64,000 nt of DNA, from positions 181,425 to 245,424 of the forward strand of contig MU060720.1 of the NCBI GenBank assembly GCA_013265495.1, read 5' to 3'. The DNA comes from Vicugna vicugna (taxonomy: Eukaryota). The notes beneath the pieces were generated by a model. That model was not told the origin of the DNA. It was given only the letters and a program-made list of their open reading frames with translations, and did no database searches. Shown here piece after piece: positions 22,550 to 35,178 of the stretch; the first letter of the stretch is position 1, and every line of letters begins with the position of its first letter. Position numbers and translations under genes: made by a program.

Positions 22550-23834
22550 GTAGGAGGGCGTCCTCGCTGCCCTGGGCTTGGGGGGGAGGCTGCCCGGCCG
22601 GGAGCTGACCTGCAGGCCGAGGCCGGCCGTGTGCTCGGCGCGTCCCGGGTGCCCGGGGACCCGGCCGCGAGCTCGGGGCGTGCGGCCGTGAGAGAGACGC
22701 TTTCCTAGGTGTGGGGCGGGGGTCACCCAGGTCCTTCCGCGGGGGATGAAGCGAGTTAGCAGAGCCAGGGCGGGGCCGTGTCACTGCTCACCTGTGCTCC
22801 GTGCACCGTCACGGCAGGGCAGTCCTCGCTCCCACTTCAGAGATGACAGTGGGGCCTGGCGGGTGCAGGCAGCTCTCTCGCGGTCTCATGGCCCGTGAGC
22901 GGGAGGTCCGGGGCCCCGGGGACGACGGGGTCCACAGGGTAGGGGACCACATGCATGTCCCTGTGGGTTTGTCTGCAGCCGAGGCTGCGTTCAGCGGCCC
23001 CTCGCACGGCATGAACCCCTCCATTCTGACGGGATCCAGGCCCATTCACATCGGCCCATCAGCCTCCCTGTCTCGCATTCAGGTGTGAAACTTGACTTTC
23101 CACGTGTTTTCTCTGGAAACACACTGGGGGCGGGCCATGCCTGCCAGGCAGGAAGCCCAACCCCCCGGTGCAAATCGGAGCCCTTCCTGGGGACACTCCG
23201 CACCTGTGTGTGCGGACCACCTGGCTTCCTGGTCACGCCGCCTCCCTCGACAAGCCAAGGACTCGGTCAGGGAGCCGGCTCTGCCCGGCGGGCTGCGGGG
23301 CGCACCACCCATCTCTGCCCGCGACAGGGCGGCTCTGTCCGGAGCCAGCGTTCCGGCGCCCTGGGCAGGCCAGCGTTTTTGGAAAGCGTGGGCACGCAGC
23401 TTTTTCACTCACAGCACATCACCGACACCCTCCTTAAAAGCCCTGGTCTTTCCAAATAGTGTGTCTCAGCTACGCCTGTCAGGAGGCCCTCGCGGGCGGC
23501 TCCGGGCCTCGGGGCCTCCCCTGGGAAGTGGGGGCGATGCTGATGCCCCCTCCCTAAGACGGAGTGACCCACCACGCTCGCTGTAACCCGCTTTCCTCAA
23601 CGAGCGCTCCTTCCTAAATGTCTTTCCCGACGTCATTTCAGTGGCCGCACCGTTCACCGCTCGGTGGACAGGGTGTCATGTATTTAAGCATGTACTGACA
23701 CTGCCTCTCCGGGTCGTTTGAAGTCTTTCTTTAGAATTTCGGTTGCTTCCTTCTGTGATCTTGTGTCCCTAATGCATGCATGAGATGCATGCGTTCTCAC
23801 CAGCACATCTTTTTTCCCCCCATTAAAAAAAAAA

Positions 23835-23900
23835 CGAAGTGTAGTCAGTTTACGATGTGTCAGTTTCCGGTGCACAGCGTCACGCCCCAGCCAGACACAC
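23835..23900 (-). mobile_element. Short L1 3' terminal fragment
   Basis: gaagtgtagtcagtttacgatgtgtcagtttccggtgcacagc resembles the L1 3' terminus in reverse. Confidence 0.4.
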
Positions 23901-25137
23901 AGTAAGAGCATCTCAGCCATTCCTACCGGTTCGTCTTACACGTTCTTCCCAGAAGCAGAGCAGTCCTAGGGAGCAGACGTCTGTGAGGCCTTTGCCACAC
24001 ACTGTGCGCATCTCAGAGCAGACACTTCAGGTCACGAAGGAGGAAGAACATTCTTGTAACGGCCCCAGGAAGATGAGGGTCGATAAAGAGTCGGTTCTGA
24101 CGTCTTGAATGCTGGCCACATGCAGTGTCAGCGTTTAGTACAAGTGAATTCCAGGGGAAGGAAGGCTTAGAAATGCACGTGTGGGTATGGAACTCTGCTT
24201 TGTGACTTAAAACACATGCACATGCGGAGTCTTAGATATTCAGGGCGCCTGCACCCCCCCCGCCTCCGTGCAGGCCCCGCCCGGCCCCTTGCTAGACGGA
24301 CGTGAGCAGCCCGTCCGTGCACCTGTCTCTGCGTGCTTGTCTAGGTCTTTCTGGCGTCCACGTTCCTGCACGCCCTGTTTTCCGGAAGGGGCACACACAC
24401 ACACACATTCCAGGGAAGGGCCACGTTGTGTGTGATCAGGGTTTCAAGGAAGCTTTGGGCTCAGGTGATCTGAGGACTCTGTGCGTCCTGCCCTCGGCTT
24501 GTGCTGAGGTCAGATCAGGAAGCTGCATGAGTGCCCATCCGGGGTGAATCTGTGGGCCCTGTGTGGCTGGACTTTAAGGTCCCGTGGGCTGTTGGAGAAC
24601 CGAGTGGCTGGCGTGGCGGTCACTTCGGAGATATGGCCTCTGTCCGCTCTCCGCCCCGCCAGCTGAAGCCTTCTCCCCGTCTCAGGCTGTTCCTAGACTG
24701 GAACTCAGGGTGTCCCCTGCGGGTCCCAGACTCGCCTCGTGGGGCTGGTGGGTGGCACCAACCACAGGGCTTGCCGGGCCCCTCCTAATCCGGAGGCCTG
24801 GATGTGCCCGCTGGCCTCCGCAGAGCCCACTGACACTGCCCCCATGTGGCGCCCATGTGGCAGGAGAGTGGACGCTGGGCCTGAGCCTGCCTGCGGGAAG
24901 CGGGGGCGGGCGACCCCATGCCAGCCGCGCGTGGGGCCCAGTGATGCCCAGCAGAAGGGACTCAGACCCTGCAGGCCTGGCCCCCTCGGCCCCTCATCTT
25001 GTGGGGAAAGGAGGCCCGAGAGGAGGTGCTGAGTGGGTGTGCCGGGCGGTGGGGCTCCTGAGGGTGCGGGTCCCTCAGAGCAGCCCGGGGGCCCCCGTGG
25101 TGGCCGTGGGGCTAACTCTCTCCCTCTGCCTCCCCAG

Positions 25138-25221
25138 TGCCGACCAGGCCCTCGACAGATTTGCCATGAAGAAGTTCTATGACGACAAAGTCTCGACTTT
25201 GATGCAGCCTTCCCAGAAACG
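25138..25221 (+). CDS. TNS3: TNS3 exon ADQALDRFAMKKFYDDKVSTLMQPSQK-R
   Basis: Branch gctaac, acceptor ctgcctccccag, donor ACG|GTGCGT; 84 nt. Confidence 0.97.
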
Positions 25222-27364
25222 GTGCGTGTCGTCCCGGAGTCAGAGCGCAAAGGCCGACAAGGCCTCACGCCTGAGGACGTCGGGCCGTGGGGGTGCCTCC
25301 TCAGAGCGGCCGAGCCAGGAGGGGCGGTGGTGGGTGCCCGGGATGGATCATGCCCCGCCCTGGCCGGCTCCGGCGTGGACCCGGGGCCCCTCCCTGCGCT
25401 CAGTCGTCGGTCCCTCCGTGCGCTTGGCTGGTGTCCTGCCTCCAGGACCGGGGGCGGGGAGCTGCGTCTGAGCTGAGCGGGGGGCCACGCGGCCTCTGCC
25501 AGGGCGGCTGCGGGCAGCAGGAAGCGGCTGCGCGCTCTCCAGGATGAGTGTGGACACATGCAGGTTTGGGGTTGGCGGTCCCTGCGCCCGGCGTCAGCCT
25601 CAGAGGCAGAAGCTGCAGGGGGCCGGGGAGCAGGCCGCCCCCAGGTGAGCCACGCCGCCCTGAGGTCCGTGGAGCAGCGCTGGGTGCCGGCAGCCCGTGC
25701 CCAGCAGACCCCCTCTCTCTGCAGGTGGGGCCGGGGGCCTAAGGACACGGTCACCGCGTTTTCACTGTAAAGCAGTTACCGAGACGGTTTTCCTGCGCTC
25801 ACGTCTGCTTCCCCAGGGCTGAGGGCTGGGCCCGCAGATGCGGGACACAGAAAGTTCCAGCCGCACCCGGGGGGAGGCAGGGCCACGGGTGTGTGTTGGT
25901 CCAGGGCCGAGTCGCGATGTTTCCACTAGGGAAGGGGCCTCGGGGACCGCAGAGGCACCTGCTGCTCCGTCCTGGGCGATTCCCGCGGCTGGGGCGTGCG
26001 TTGTGGGTGTGGGACCGCGGGACACGTGAGTCACCGAGGAAAAGCAGGATTTTATTAGCCTTGCAGTTAAACGGCCCCGTGTTCTATTTTGAGCCAGCGA
26101 GTGTCATTTCTGGGCTGAGCTTTTTCTAAAACAGTGACGTTTGTACGCACCCCGGCGAGAGGGTGAGCGGGGGTAGCGCAGCCCAGAGCGCAGCGCTCAC
26201 CGGGGACGGGTGCTGGCCGCCCTCCCCTGCAGCTTTTTAACAGCATTGAAGGAGGAGGGGAACTTCTCCCTCTGATGTGCCCTGGTCATGGTGCATCTGG
26301 TGAGGACAGGCCAGAGCGTTGACGAGTGGTCAGGGCGGCCTGGATTACGTTTGTACCCGAGGCTCATCTCCAGCCCCGCAGGTCACCCCGCCCAGCGCCC
26401 GCTGGGGAAGATGCTGCTCACACCGTAATCCAGCCAGTCACGACTGAGCGAAGCACTGCAGGAGTGTCTGAGACCAGCGGGAGGCGCGGTGACCGCGTCC
26501 GCGGGTGCAGGCGGGTGGGAGCCGTGGCTGTGGCCCCAGACGGCCCCGAGGGCGGGCCTTGCAGGCTGTTTCAGGACTGAGCTGAGGAAACCATCTCAAA
26601 GCCAGTCGGGTGGTCAGAGTGGATTCACGAGCTGAGGCTTGTGGTTCTGGAAGCTCAGAGCCTGCCAGCAAGGCTCCTCCAGCCTTCGCGTGATTAGTTT
26701 ACGGGCCCGGGAGGCCGGAGGCCCGTCTGACGGACGGCAGGTTCTCTGTCACTTTGTGCCTTCCTCCTAAAAGCCACCGAGCAGGCGGCCTGCGGCAACA
26801 GAGGCCCCTTGGAAGTCGCTGGTTCCCAGCGGGGTTTCTGGGCGGGGGTGCCCTCTCCCCGCACCTGTCACCTGAGCAGACCGAGGGCAGCGGGTGGAAG
26901 CCTCGGGGCGGCCTCCGGCGGAGGCTGACGGCCCTGCTGCGTCAGCGTGGCCCGTGAACGTGGAGGCCCCTTCAGTTTGATGGGGAATTAAGAAAAGGAA
27001 CTCCTTCTGTGGACTTCGTCGGCACAGCCTGGCGGGAGCGATGAGTGAAGTGGTGGCAAGCTCACCCCCTTTCCTCCACTTCCCTGTTCCCAGAAGGAGC
27101 GAGACGGCACACGCTTCTGGGGTCCCCCCTCCGAGAGCGGTGGGGGGACGACAGGTGACCGGCTCCTTTGGGACAGCAAACTCCTCGCAGGGGTGCGGGA
27201 AAGAAGGGACCCCGGGGAGTCCCCAGAGGGGTCGTTCCGTGTCCCCTCTGTGAGGCGAGGGGGAGGCCCAAAGTCCGGGCGTGCGGACCCCAGGATTCCT
27301 GGGTGTCTAGTAGCCGAAAGTTCCCCAGGTTGTAGGATTATGTGGTTCGGAGTATTTCTGTCAT

Positions 27365-27483
27365 TTTGGGGGGAGGGGAGGGAGGTAGTTTTACTGAACT
27401 AGTTTTAGAGGAGGGGCTGGGGATGGAACCGAGGACCTCGTGCCTGCTAAGCACGCGCTCCACCCCTGAGCGACACCCTCCCC
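27365..27483 (-). mobile_element. tRNA-derived camelid SINE
   Basis: Reverse complement GGGGAGGGTGTCGCTCAGGGGTGGAGCGCGTGCTTAGCAGGCACGAGGTCCTCGGTTCCATCCCC. Confidence 0.88.
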
Positions 27484-28904
27484 ATTTCTCCCGTTCTTGA
27501 CACGACGCCGTGAGTGTCCGAGAGGACCTTGGATGGGAAGCAGGGAAGGTGCAGAGGGCACACGTGCAGGTCTTCCCTCCGGAGGTTTCCTGAAAGGCTG
27601 TTCCGATCGCAGTCAGGTGTTTGACAACCGGGTGGTAAAACCGCAGTGTCACGAAATCCAGGCCTGGGGCTCGGGAGTTACGGCTGCATCGCATCCTGTG
27701 AGCAGGTCGCCTGCAACGACTTCAGCTCCACAAGGTCAGGCAGCAGGATCGCCGGGAAGTGGCGCTTCGTGAATAGGAAACACTCGGACGTACAAAATGA
27801 CTTTATGTTTCTCCCCGACGAAGAAAGCGCGGGGAGGAAGAACTCGGCTGCATTTGATGCTAACACTTTATGTCTTTGATTCACCTAGAAAGGTGAGAAG
27901 TCTGCATGCACGGCAGACGTCTGAAATGGGCAGGTGAGAATTTACACACGAGCTGCTTTGAGAAGAGGGCTTTTGGTGCAATGCCGTGAGGAACTGGCCC
28001 CGCCAGGGAGTGCGCCCGGGGCCCAGGCAGGGGGATGCCCGCCTCAGTTCCGTCTCTGACCCCTGGGAGCGCGGCCCGGGCTCTGGGAGCTTGCAGAGAA
28101 ATGGTCTTCTGCCGTCACCCTGACCCTTGACCCTCCTCACCCGAAAGAAGCAACGTCCACGCTCCCTCTGGCTGCTGGGTGGCAGTGGTGGCCGGGCTGT
28201 GTCAGTGGAAGTGGCGGACCCTCCACGTGTGCGCAAAAACATGAAACGAACTGACCACCACCCCTCCTTCCTGGCGCCTGGTCTGTGTGCTCGTGGGTTC
28301 CCGAGTGAAGGGCCACCTTGTCCGGAGTGACCAGTGCGGGCGGAGCGAGCGGCCAGGCGCCCACAGAGGAGACACACTGGCTGGGCCATGAGGAGGCCGA
28401 GGGGTCAAGGGTTGTGACCAGGGCTGCCCGGCACTGCAGGGAGGACGACCGCTCTCCGGAGCCGGCGATGACCACGTCCGTGGTCCCTTCTCTTGTGCTC
28501 AGGACCAGGGAGCTGCAGGGCCTGCAAACTGCGGGGTGTGCACTGGGTGATAAGCAGGCAGACGGGTCCTGAGGATGGAGACACCCGTGTCCCTCAGTCT
28601 GCATGAGAGGATGGACACCTGCGTCCTCACGTCTGCACGGGAGAATGAAGACACCTGCTGTCCGGCTAGAAGGTGGGACAAGAAGCCGAGTGGAGCCACC
28701 TGGTGGTCCATCCCTGCAGCCACGGCCCGGCCACGGGGCCGCCCACCGCCCAGGGCTTCCGTCCAGCCTCGCCATCCTGCGGCGAGGTCTCTGAAAGGGA
28801 AGAGGGGCATCTGCCACCCGAGAAGTGGAAACACTGAGAAGGACACCCAAGCTGAAGCCAACGTTCTAATGTTTTTTCTAAAAGGATAGATTATAGGTAG
28901 GGTT

Positions 28905-29036
28905 TTTTTGTCTTTTTTTTGGTGGGGGGGGAGGTAATTCGGTTTATTGCTTTGTCTTTAGAGGCGGCACTGGGGATTGAACCCAGGACTCGTGCGTGCT
29001 AGGCATGTGCTGTACCCCTGAGTTCTACCCTCCCCC
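28905..29036 (-). mobile_element. tRNA-derived camelid SINE
   Basis: tggggattgaacccaggactcgtgcgtgctaggcatgtgctgtacccctgagttctaccctccccc with T-rich tail on the left. Confidence 0.88.
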
Positions 29037-29172
29037 TACTTAACAAGTAGGGTTTTTAAACTTCTGTTTTCACAGTTTCCTAGAAATTTCCTTCTTGTTC
29101 CGTTTGCTTTGCCTACAAATTCAGCCGCTTGAGATAACAGACTACCTCTGAATTGCCAGGGTCAATCAGATA

Positions 29173-29853
29173 CTTTTAAAAAATGTGAGTGTGCACGGCA
29201 CGTGGCGTTGTGTAAGTTTAAGGCGTACACGTGTCAGTGTGATGCATTCATGTCCTATGATGAGATCTCCAGGGCTCACTCCTCCTCTGCGCAGGTCTGT
29301 ACCCTCAAACCTGTCCTGTCCCCAAGCCCCCAGGCCCTGGGGACCACCATTTCCTTTTTTTTTTTTTTTTAAGTTTGGCTTTTTAAGATTCCATATATAT
29401 GACTGACACACTGTGAGGAGACGCTACCTCCCACCAGTCAGACGGCCGTCATCGAAAGGATGAGAAAACGAGTGTCGGCGGGGACGTGGCGGGAAGGGGC
29501 CCTCGTGCACTGTGGGTGGGGATCTAAACCGGTGCAGCCACTGTGGGCGACGGTGTTGCAGGGTCCTCAGAAAATTAAAAACAACTGCTGTGTGACCCAG
29601 CAACCCCACTCCCGGCTGTACACCTGAAGGAATGAAAGCAGGACCTTGAAGAGACGCCTGCACCCCGTGTTCACTGCAGCATCGTCCACAGCAGCCGAGA
29701 TGTCGGAGCACCCAGGTGTCGCTCCGTGGACGAGTGGACGAGGAAGACATGGCGTCCACACGTGGAAGAGGACTCAGCCGTAACAAACGGATGAAAATGT
29801 ACCGCCTGTGACAACGTGGGTGGACAGCATGCTGAGTGAAATAAGCAGACAAG
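29173..29853. mobile_element. Old L1 (L1MA/MB-like) with 5' inversion: minus 3' end (about 29173-29403) joined to plus ORF2-end/3'UTR (about 29410-29853)
   Basis: Minus part ends agattccatatatatga; plus part reads ccagtcagacggccgtcatcgaaagg...cctcagaaaattaaaaac...gctgagtgaaataagcagac. Confidence 0.8.
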
Positions 29854-30851
29854 TTTCTTAGCATAAGTACGCTGAGCCTGGCAGGGGTCCCAGCCATGGG
29901 GCGGGGGTCCCTGGCTCCAGGGGGAGTGGACGGGGTGTGGGGGGTGTGGAGGAGCCCGTGAGTCAGCGGGCACCTCCTCCCTGCGCCTGGGGGGTTCCGT
30001 GTCGGCGTCGGGGTTCCGAGGTGCACGGAGGTGCTGCGTACCGTGGGCTTCTGTTTTGCTCTGGAGTCAGGTGCTGCAGGGAGAGGGAGGGGCCGAGGCC
30101 AGGCTGTGTGTGAGATCCCGGCAGGTCTGCGCCCACCTGGGGTCACAGCCAGCACCTCGTGTCCTGGGAGGAGCAAGGGGGAAGCACTCCTCGGGTAGGG
30201 TCTTCTCTCTGGACTGCCAGGTGCACCCGCAGGGCTGTCGGCCGGCGGGGTCTTCAGAGAGCAGGGTGGGACAGGCCGTGGGGAGGGCGGGCATGGAGGA
30301 GGAGAAGGCAGAGGGCAGGAGGGCAGTGCAGGACCTCAGGTGGGGGCCCTCACCATCAGATGTGGCACAGGGTGCGGACCCCCGTGCCTTGGGTTTCCCG
30401 GGGAGAGCAGGATGAGAGATGGGCCGGGTGACTTTGCCGCCTTCAGAGGTGTGAGCTGGTTCAGAGAACACGTGCATGGGACCGCAGGGCTCCTGCTGTC
30501 CCGTCTCCTGGCCTGGGGACCGTGACCGCGCCGTGCCCTGGCCTTGCCCGGCTTGGGGTTCCGTGGACACAGGTGATGCCCGGTGCTTGGGGTGCAGAGC
30601 GGGCGGTGCCCAGGGTTCTGCATCCAGGTCATGGGCCACGTCGGTGTGGGGGCCCGGAGGTTCTCAACGGGGTCGTGGGCCTGGCTTGCACTCCATGGCG
30701 GGGACCAGAGCCTGGGGTGCTGGGACCCCTCCCGGCTGTGAGCAGTCACATCGGGGTCTCTCCCAGGGCTCCTCCCTCCTCCCCGGGGGCCCCCCTAGGG
30801 CGTGGGGGCGGGAGGGACCTCGTGGGCGCTCTAAGCCGCTGCCCTCCGCAG

Positions 30852-30964
30852 GTACGTTCAGTTTCTCAGCGGGCTCCTGTCGGGAACGGTGAAGATGAAT
30901 GCGTCGCCCCTGTTCCTGCATTTCGTCATCCTGCACGGGACCCCGAACTTCGACACGGGCGGAG
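30852..30964 (+). CDS. TNS3: TNS3 exon [37 protein letters not shown] (PTP/C2 junction)
   Basis: Acceptor ccctccgcag, donor GAG|GTGAGT; 113 nt. Confidence 0.97.
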
Positions 30965-31301
30965 GTGAGTGTCTCCACACCTGCTTCCCGGTGCCGGCCC
31001 TGCCTCCCCTTCCCTCCTGAGACGCCCACGCCAGGGCCGGTCCTCAGTCCCCCTGGCCCCTGACCACACAAAGCTGCCGTGGTGCTGCAGGGCCGACCTG
31101 CCTATCAGGGGCACCGGTGGCCAGTGAGGGGCGTGGGACCTGCCCCGGGAGCTCGGTGTCCCTCGCTGTGGGCGACTCCAACGCTGCTGCCCCAGACCCC
31201 GAGGGCAGGCCCCGGCTCCCCTCTGCCCATGCATCCGTCCGCCAGACTGCGGTTCGCCTGTTGGCTTCGCGTCTTTACAGAGCACTCTGCGTGTCTTTCA
31301 G

Positions 31302-31362
31302 CCTGCCGGCCCTTTCTGAAGCTCTACCAGGCCATGCAGCCGGTGTACACGTCGGGGATCTA
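31302..31362 (+). CDS. TNS3: TNS3 exon [21 protein letters not shown] (C2)
   Basis: Acceptor gtctttcag, donor CTA|GTGAGT; 61 nt. Confidence 0.96.
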
Positions 31363-32191
31363 GTGAGTGTGCTACCTGCGAGGGGGCACTGCCGGGCGGG
31401 GGAGGGGCCTGGCCAGGAGGGGCGGGGTAGGAGTCCCACTGCAGAGCTGGGGAGGGAGGGGCCCATTTGGGGAGGGGCGGGGGCTGCGGCAGAGCCCGGA
31501 TGGACCCCCGGGAAGCCGCCCGGGAAGCCGAGGTGGGGGACCCCGCCATCCCTCCGGCAGGCGTCTTGCTGCTGTCACAGCGGTTGGCTCCATCCAGGGG
31601 CCCGGACGCTGGGGCCGGAGTGGGGCTGAGGGGCCCGGCGCCGCATGGAAGGAAACGGATACGGGTCTTGTTCTGGGGCCGACCACGATTTGCCTCTCTC
31701 TCCTTTTTGCGTTCAGACAAAGGGCAGGCACACATTTCCAGAATGTGTGTGAGTTTCTGTATCTTTTTGATTGGGTTTGTTTCTGTTTGGATGAGCATTT
31801 TATGCACATTGATGGAAAATGAACAAAGGTGAAAAAAAGGCTGCTCATTGCTCGGAAGGAGCTGTTACCCCGTGTCTGGACTCCCGTTGGACCCGGGCGT
31901 TGGTGACACTGGGGTGGTCACACTCTTAGCTTATTACAGAAGCGGGGCCGTGAGCACCCCCGGGCTCCACGCTGCCTGGGGTCTCTGGTGTTGCCCCCGG
32001 GACCTCGCCGGCCCCATGGCTTTTTCGCACCTTTTAGAACCACTTCCGCAGGGGAGAGTCTGGGGATTTGGGTTTGAGGGCGGAGCAAGGCACCTTGTGT
32101 GACGTCCATCATGGGGCTGCTGTTCTCAGAATGCATTCTTCCCACTAAATCACGAGCCTTGTGACAACGAACCTTCTTGTTTGTTCCGAAG

Positions 32192-32267
32192 CAACGTTGG
32201 CCCAGAAAACCAAGGCAGGGTCTGCATCTCCGTGGAGCCGGCCCAGCTCCTGAAGGGGGACGTCATG
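32192..32267 (+). CDS. TNS3: TNS3 exon NVGPENQGRVCISVEPAQLLKGDVM (C2)
   Basis: Acceptor ttgtttgttccgaag (AAG type), donor ATG|GTGAGT; 76 nt; frame continuous. Confidence 0.95.
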
Positions 32268-32420
32268 GTGAGTACAGTCCCCAACCCCGCTCTCCCACAT
32301 CACACCCCAAAAGCCCCCCCACCCCCCCACCCAGAGAAAACCTGCAGGAAGGGTGAGAAGCAGCCTTTCTCTTTAGGCAGTTGGTTGATTTTCTGATAAA
32401 GCTGTGCAGGTTTTGTTTGC

Positions 32421-32868
32421 TTTTTTAAAGTTGAATATAGTTGATTCACAGTGTTGGTTTGTGGTGTACAGCATAGCGATTCAGTTACACATACATATTC
32501 CTTTTCAGATTCTTTTTTGTTATAATTTATTACAAGAAATTAAATATAGTTCCCTGTGCTGTACAGTAGGGTCTTGTTGTTAATCTGTTTTATATCCAGT
32601 AATTTGTACTTGCAAATTCCAAGCTCCTAGTGTATCCCAACCCCCTCCCCCCTTTGGTGACCATAAGTTTGTTTTGTGTCTGTGAGTCTGTTCCTGCTTT
32701 TGCAGTGGAATACTATTCAGCCATGAAAAAGAAATAATACCTTTTGCAGCAACATGGATGGACCTAGAGGTTATATACTAAGTGAAGTTGGTCAGACAGA
32801 GAAAGACAGATACCCTATGATACACTTATACGTGGACTCTAAAAAAATGAGGCAAATGACCTTTACAG
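32421..32868. mobile_element. Younger cetartiodactyl-type L1 3' end with 5' inversion (minus 32421-32700, plus 32701-32868)
   Basis: tagttccctgtgctgtacagtagg...gtctgtgagtctgtt, then ggaatactattcagccatgaaaaaga...catggatggacctagag...gtcagacagagaaagac. Confidence 0.88.
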
Positions 32869-34871
32869 AGTGAGTACAGCCTTTTTAACCAAGGGAGTAA
32901 ACAGGGCCACTTGCAATGTGCACCCTTGAAGTTCAAGTCCTAACCCAGCCACTGCTCTTTCCGGGTTCCCACTTCCCGACCGTAATGCCCGTCTTTACGT
33001 GACACAGGCCTCCCAGGCGTAGATGCAGATGGAAAGTGTTCATTCATCACTAGTAGTCTGCCCCCAGGCTCTGGGCCCCGGCTCTAGTCCTCCAGCCAGA
33101 AGGAGGCCAGGAGACCCAGAGAGGCCGAGAGAGGATGGTGAGGCTGCTGTTGTGATGGGCACCCAGCTGCTGGCTCCAAGCCTCGCCTCCAGCCCGTGGC
33201 CTGGGGGAGAGCCTGCCGCCAGCATCTCCAGGCTGGGGGCTCGCCGGGGTCTATGGTGGGTCTGTGGACCCACAAAGGGCACAAGTCCCTTTGTGATGGC
33301 CCGAGGGAGGTGGCCAAAAGCCCGGGACGTGGCGGGTGACTCCCACACCAGGTCGTGGGGCTCCTCTCCCAGAAGGAGCGCCTGACTGTGGGCTGGAGGC
33401 TGCAGGCTCTCCCCCTGCCTGGGCCAAGGGCCCATTGTCAGCCAAGGGCCTGTTGGGGGCCTCTCTCTCTCTTCCCTTCCTTCCTTTCCCATTAATTCAT
33501 TTGTCCAGCAGCCCTTTCTGAATGTTGGTAGCTTTCTGAGCGTCTGCGTGGGGCCCTGGCACTGGGGGGGTAGGGGGACATCTTTGTCCTGGAGGAGCCT
33601 GTGGAGTGGTCGTCTCCAGGAGGGGATCCAGAGAGCCCCGCAGAGATGGTCCTGCCAGACAAGGCTGGCGGGCCAGGGGCTCCAGGAGGACGTGCCCTCG
33701 GGCCGGGCGCAAGGCGCTGGGCGGGGTGTGAAGGGTGCAGCGCCGACCCTGAGGGTGCCACTGTGGGGGTCAGCTGTCCTGCGAGATTGAAGCCAGGTGG
33801 TTCAGGGCTTTTGCAGCTTGCTTCTGGGAAGCGTGGTGTTACCGAAGGTCTTTCCCGAGTCCTGACGATGCATTGAGCTACACCCGAGGGTCCCGCCGCA
33901 GGACTGAGTTGGAGGCGCGGTGGTCAGGGGAGAAAGCCCTTGGTCTCCGAATGAAGGCACGCTCCAGCCACAGCGGATTTGGCCGGCACAGGCCTTGGCC
34001 CATGCCTGGGCTTCCACCAGGTCTGCGGCTTAAAGGGACTGGGTGGCCTCGGATGGGTCACTGTCCAGACCCGAGTCCCCCTGCTGCATGGGAACCACAT
34101 GGGGGTTCATGAGGACACGATGGGTCAGCGCAGCTGGCGGGGCAAAGGCCACTCCATGTGACCATGGGCCTGCTGCGGCTCGGCGTGGGGGCCTCCACCC
34201 TGGGAGACCCCCGACCCCAACAGGCCCCAACCCACTGGCCCTACCGCCACGCAGCCCTGCGGTGAGCTGACGGGGCGCTCCGCCTGGGGCCCCGTCCCCA
34301 CCTGACAGTCCAGAGCCCACCCCCGGCTGGAGTCCCCGGGCAGGCCCTCAGCCCACGAGCACCGCGGGCCGCCGTCTTCCCCAGGGGACCAGCCGTGGTG
34401 CTGCTTTAGGGACGCATGTCCAGGCCCGTCCGCATCACAGCGCAAGTTGAGGTGCAGGCACCCCGGCAGCTCGAGGGCTCGGGAGCCTCCTGGGGGAATG
34501 TTTCCAACATAAAGACAGCTTCTCCGTGGTTTTCTGTTCCTGGGAGAGATGCCGGCAGGCAGATAGGGTCTCCCAGACCCTTCCCAGCACACAGCCCCCC
34601 CGTAGGCCAGCCCCTCCCACACCTCTGCACTCCCAACGCAGAGGATTTTGGGAGCGCATTATGACTTGCTTTGTACTTCCTGTGTTTACTGTTCACTTTT
34701 GCACACTCTGCACTTATTTTTGCAGTGTTATCAGATGGGAGGAGGAGGATGTGAGTTACAGCTGGAAAGGAGTACTTTTCCATCACACAGGGTGGGTTCC
34801 CCTTGTGCCGTTTGTAGAAAGGAGGTTTGGTTTACTGATCGAGGAGGCCTCCGGGTAGCTGTGACCTTCCG

Positions 34872-35178
34872 TGTTGGTGTTCCCCGCGCTCCCGGACAAA
34901 GTCCCGCTGCCTGGGGGCTCAGACAACCGGTGATCATCCTCTCCCCGTCCTGGAGGCTGGAGCCTGAGAGCAAGGTGTCGGCAGGGCTGGTGTCTCCTGC
35001 AGACGCCATCTCCTCCCCGAGTCCTCACGGGGTCTCCCTCTGCATGTCTGTGTCATCTCTGCTTACAAGGACACCAGTCCCGTGGGGTTGCCCCACCCCA
35101 GTACGACCTCATTTTACGTTAATCACCTTTAGGACTTCAGTGTATGAATTTGGGGGGGACAGAATTCAGTTCCTAATA
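34872..35178 (-). mobile_element. MLT1 (MaLR) LTR, MLT1B/C/D-like
   Basis: ctggaggctggagcctgagagcaaggtgtcggcagggctgg...cttacaaggacaccagtc...gggggacagaattca. Confidence 0.75.
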
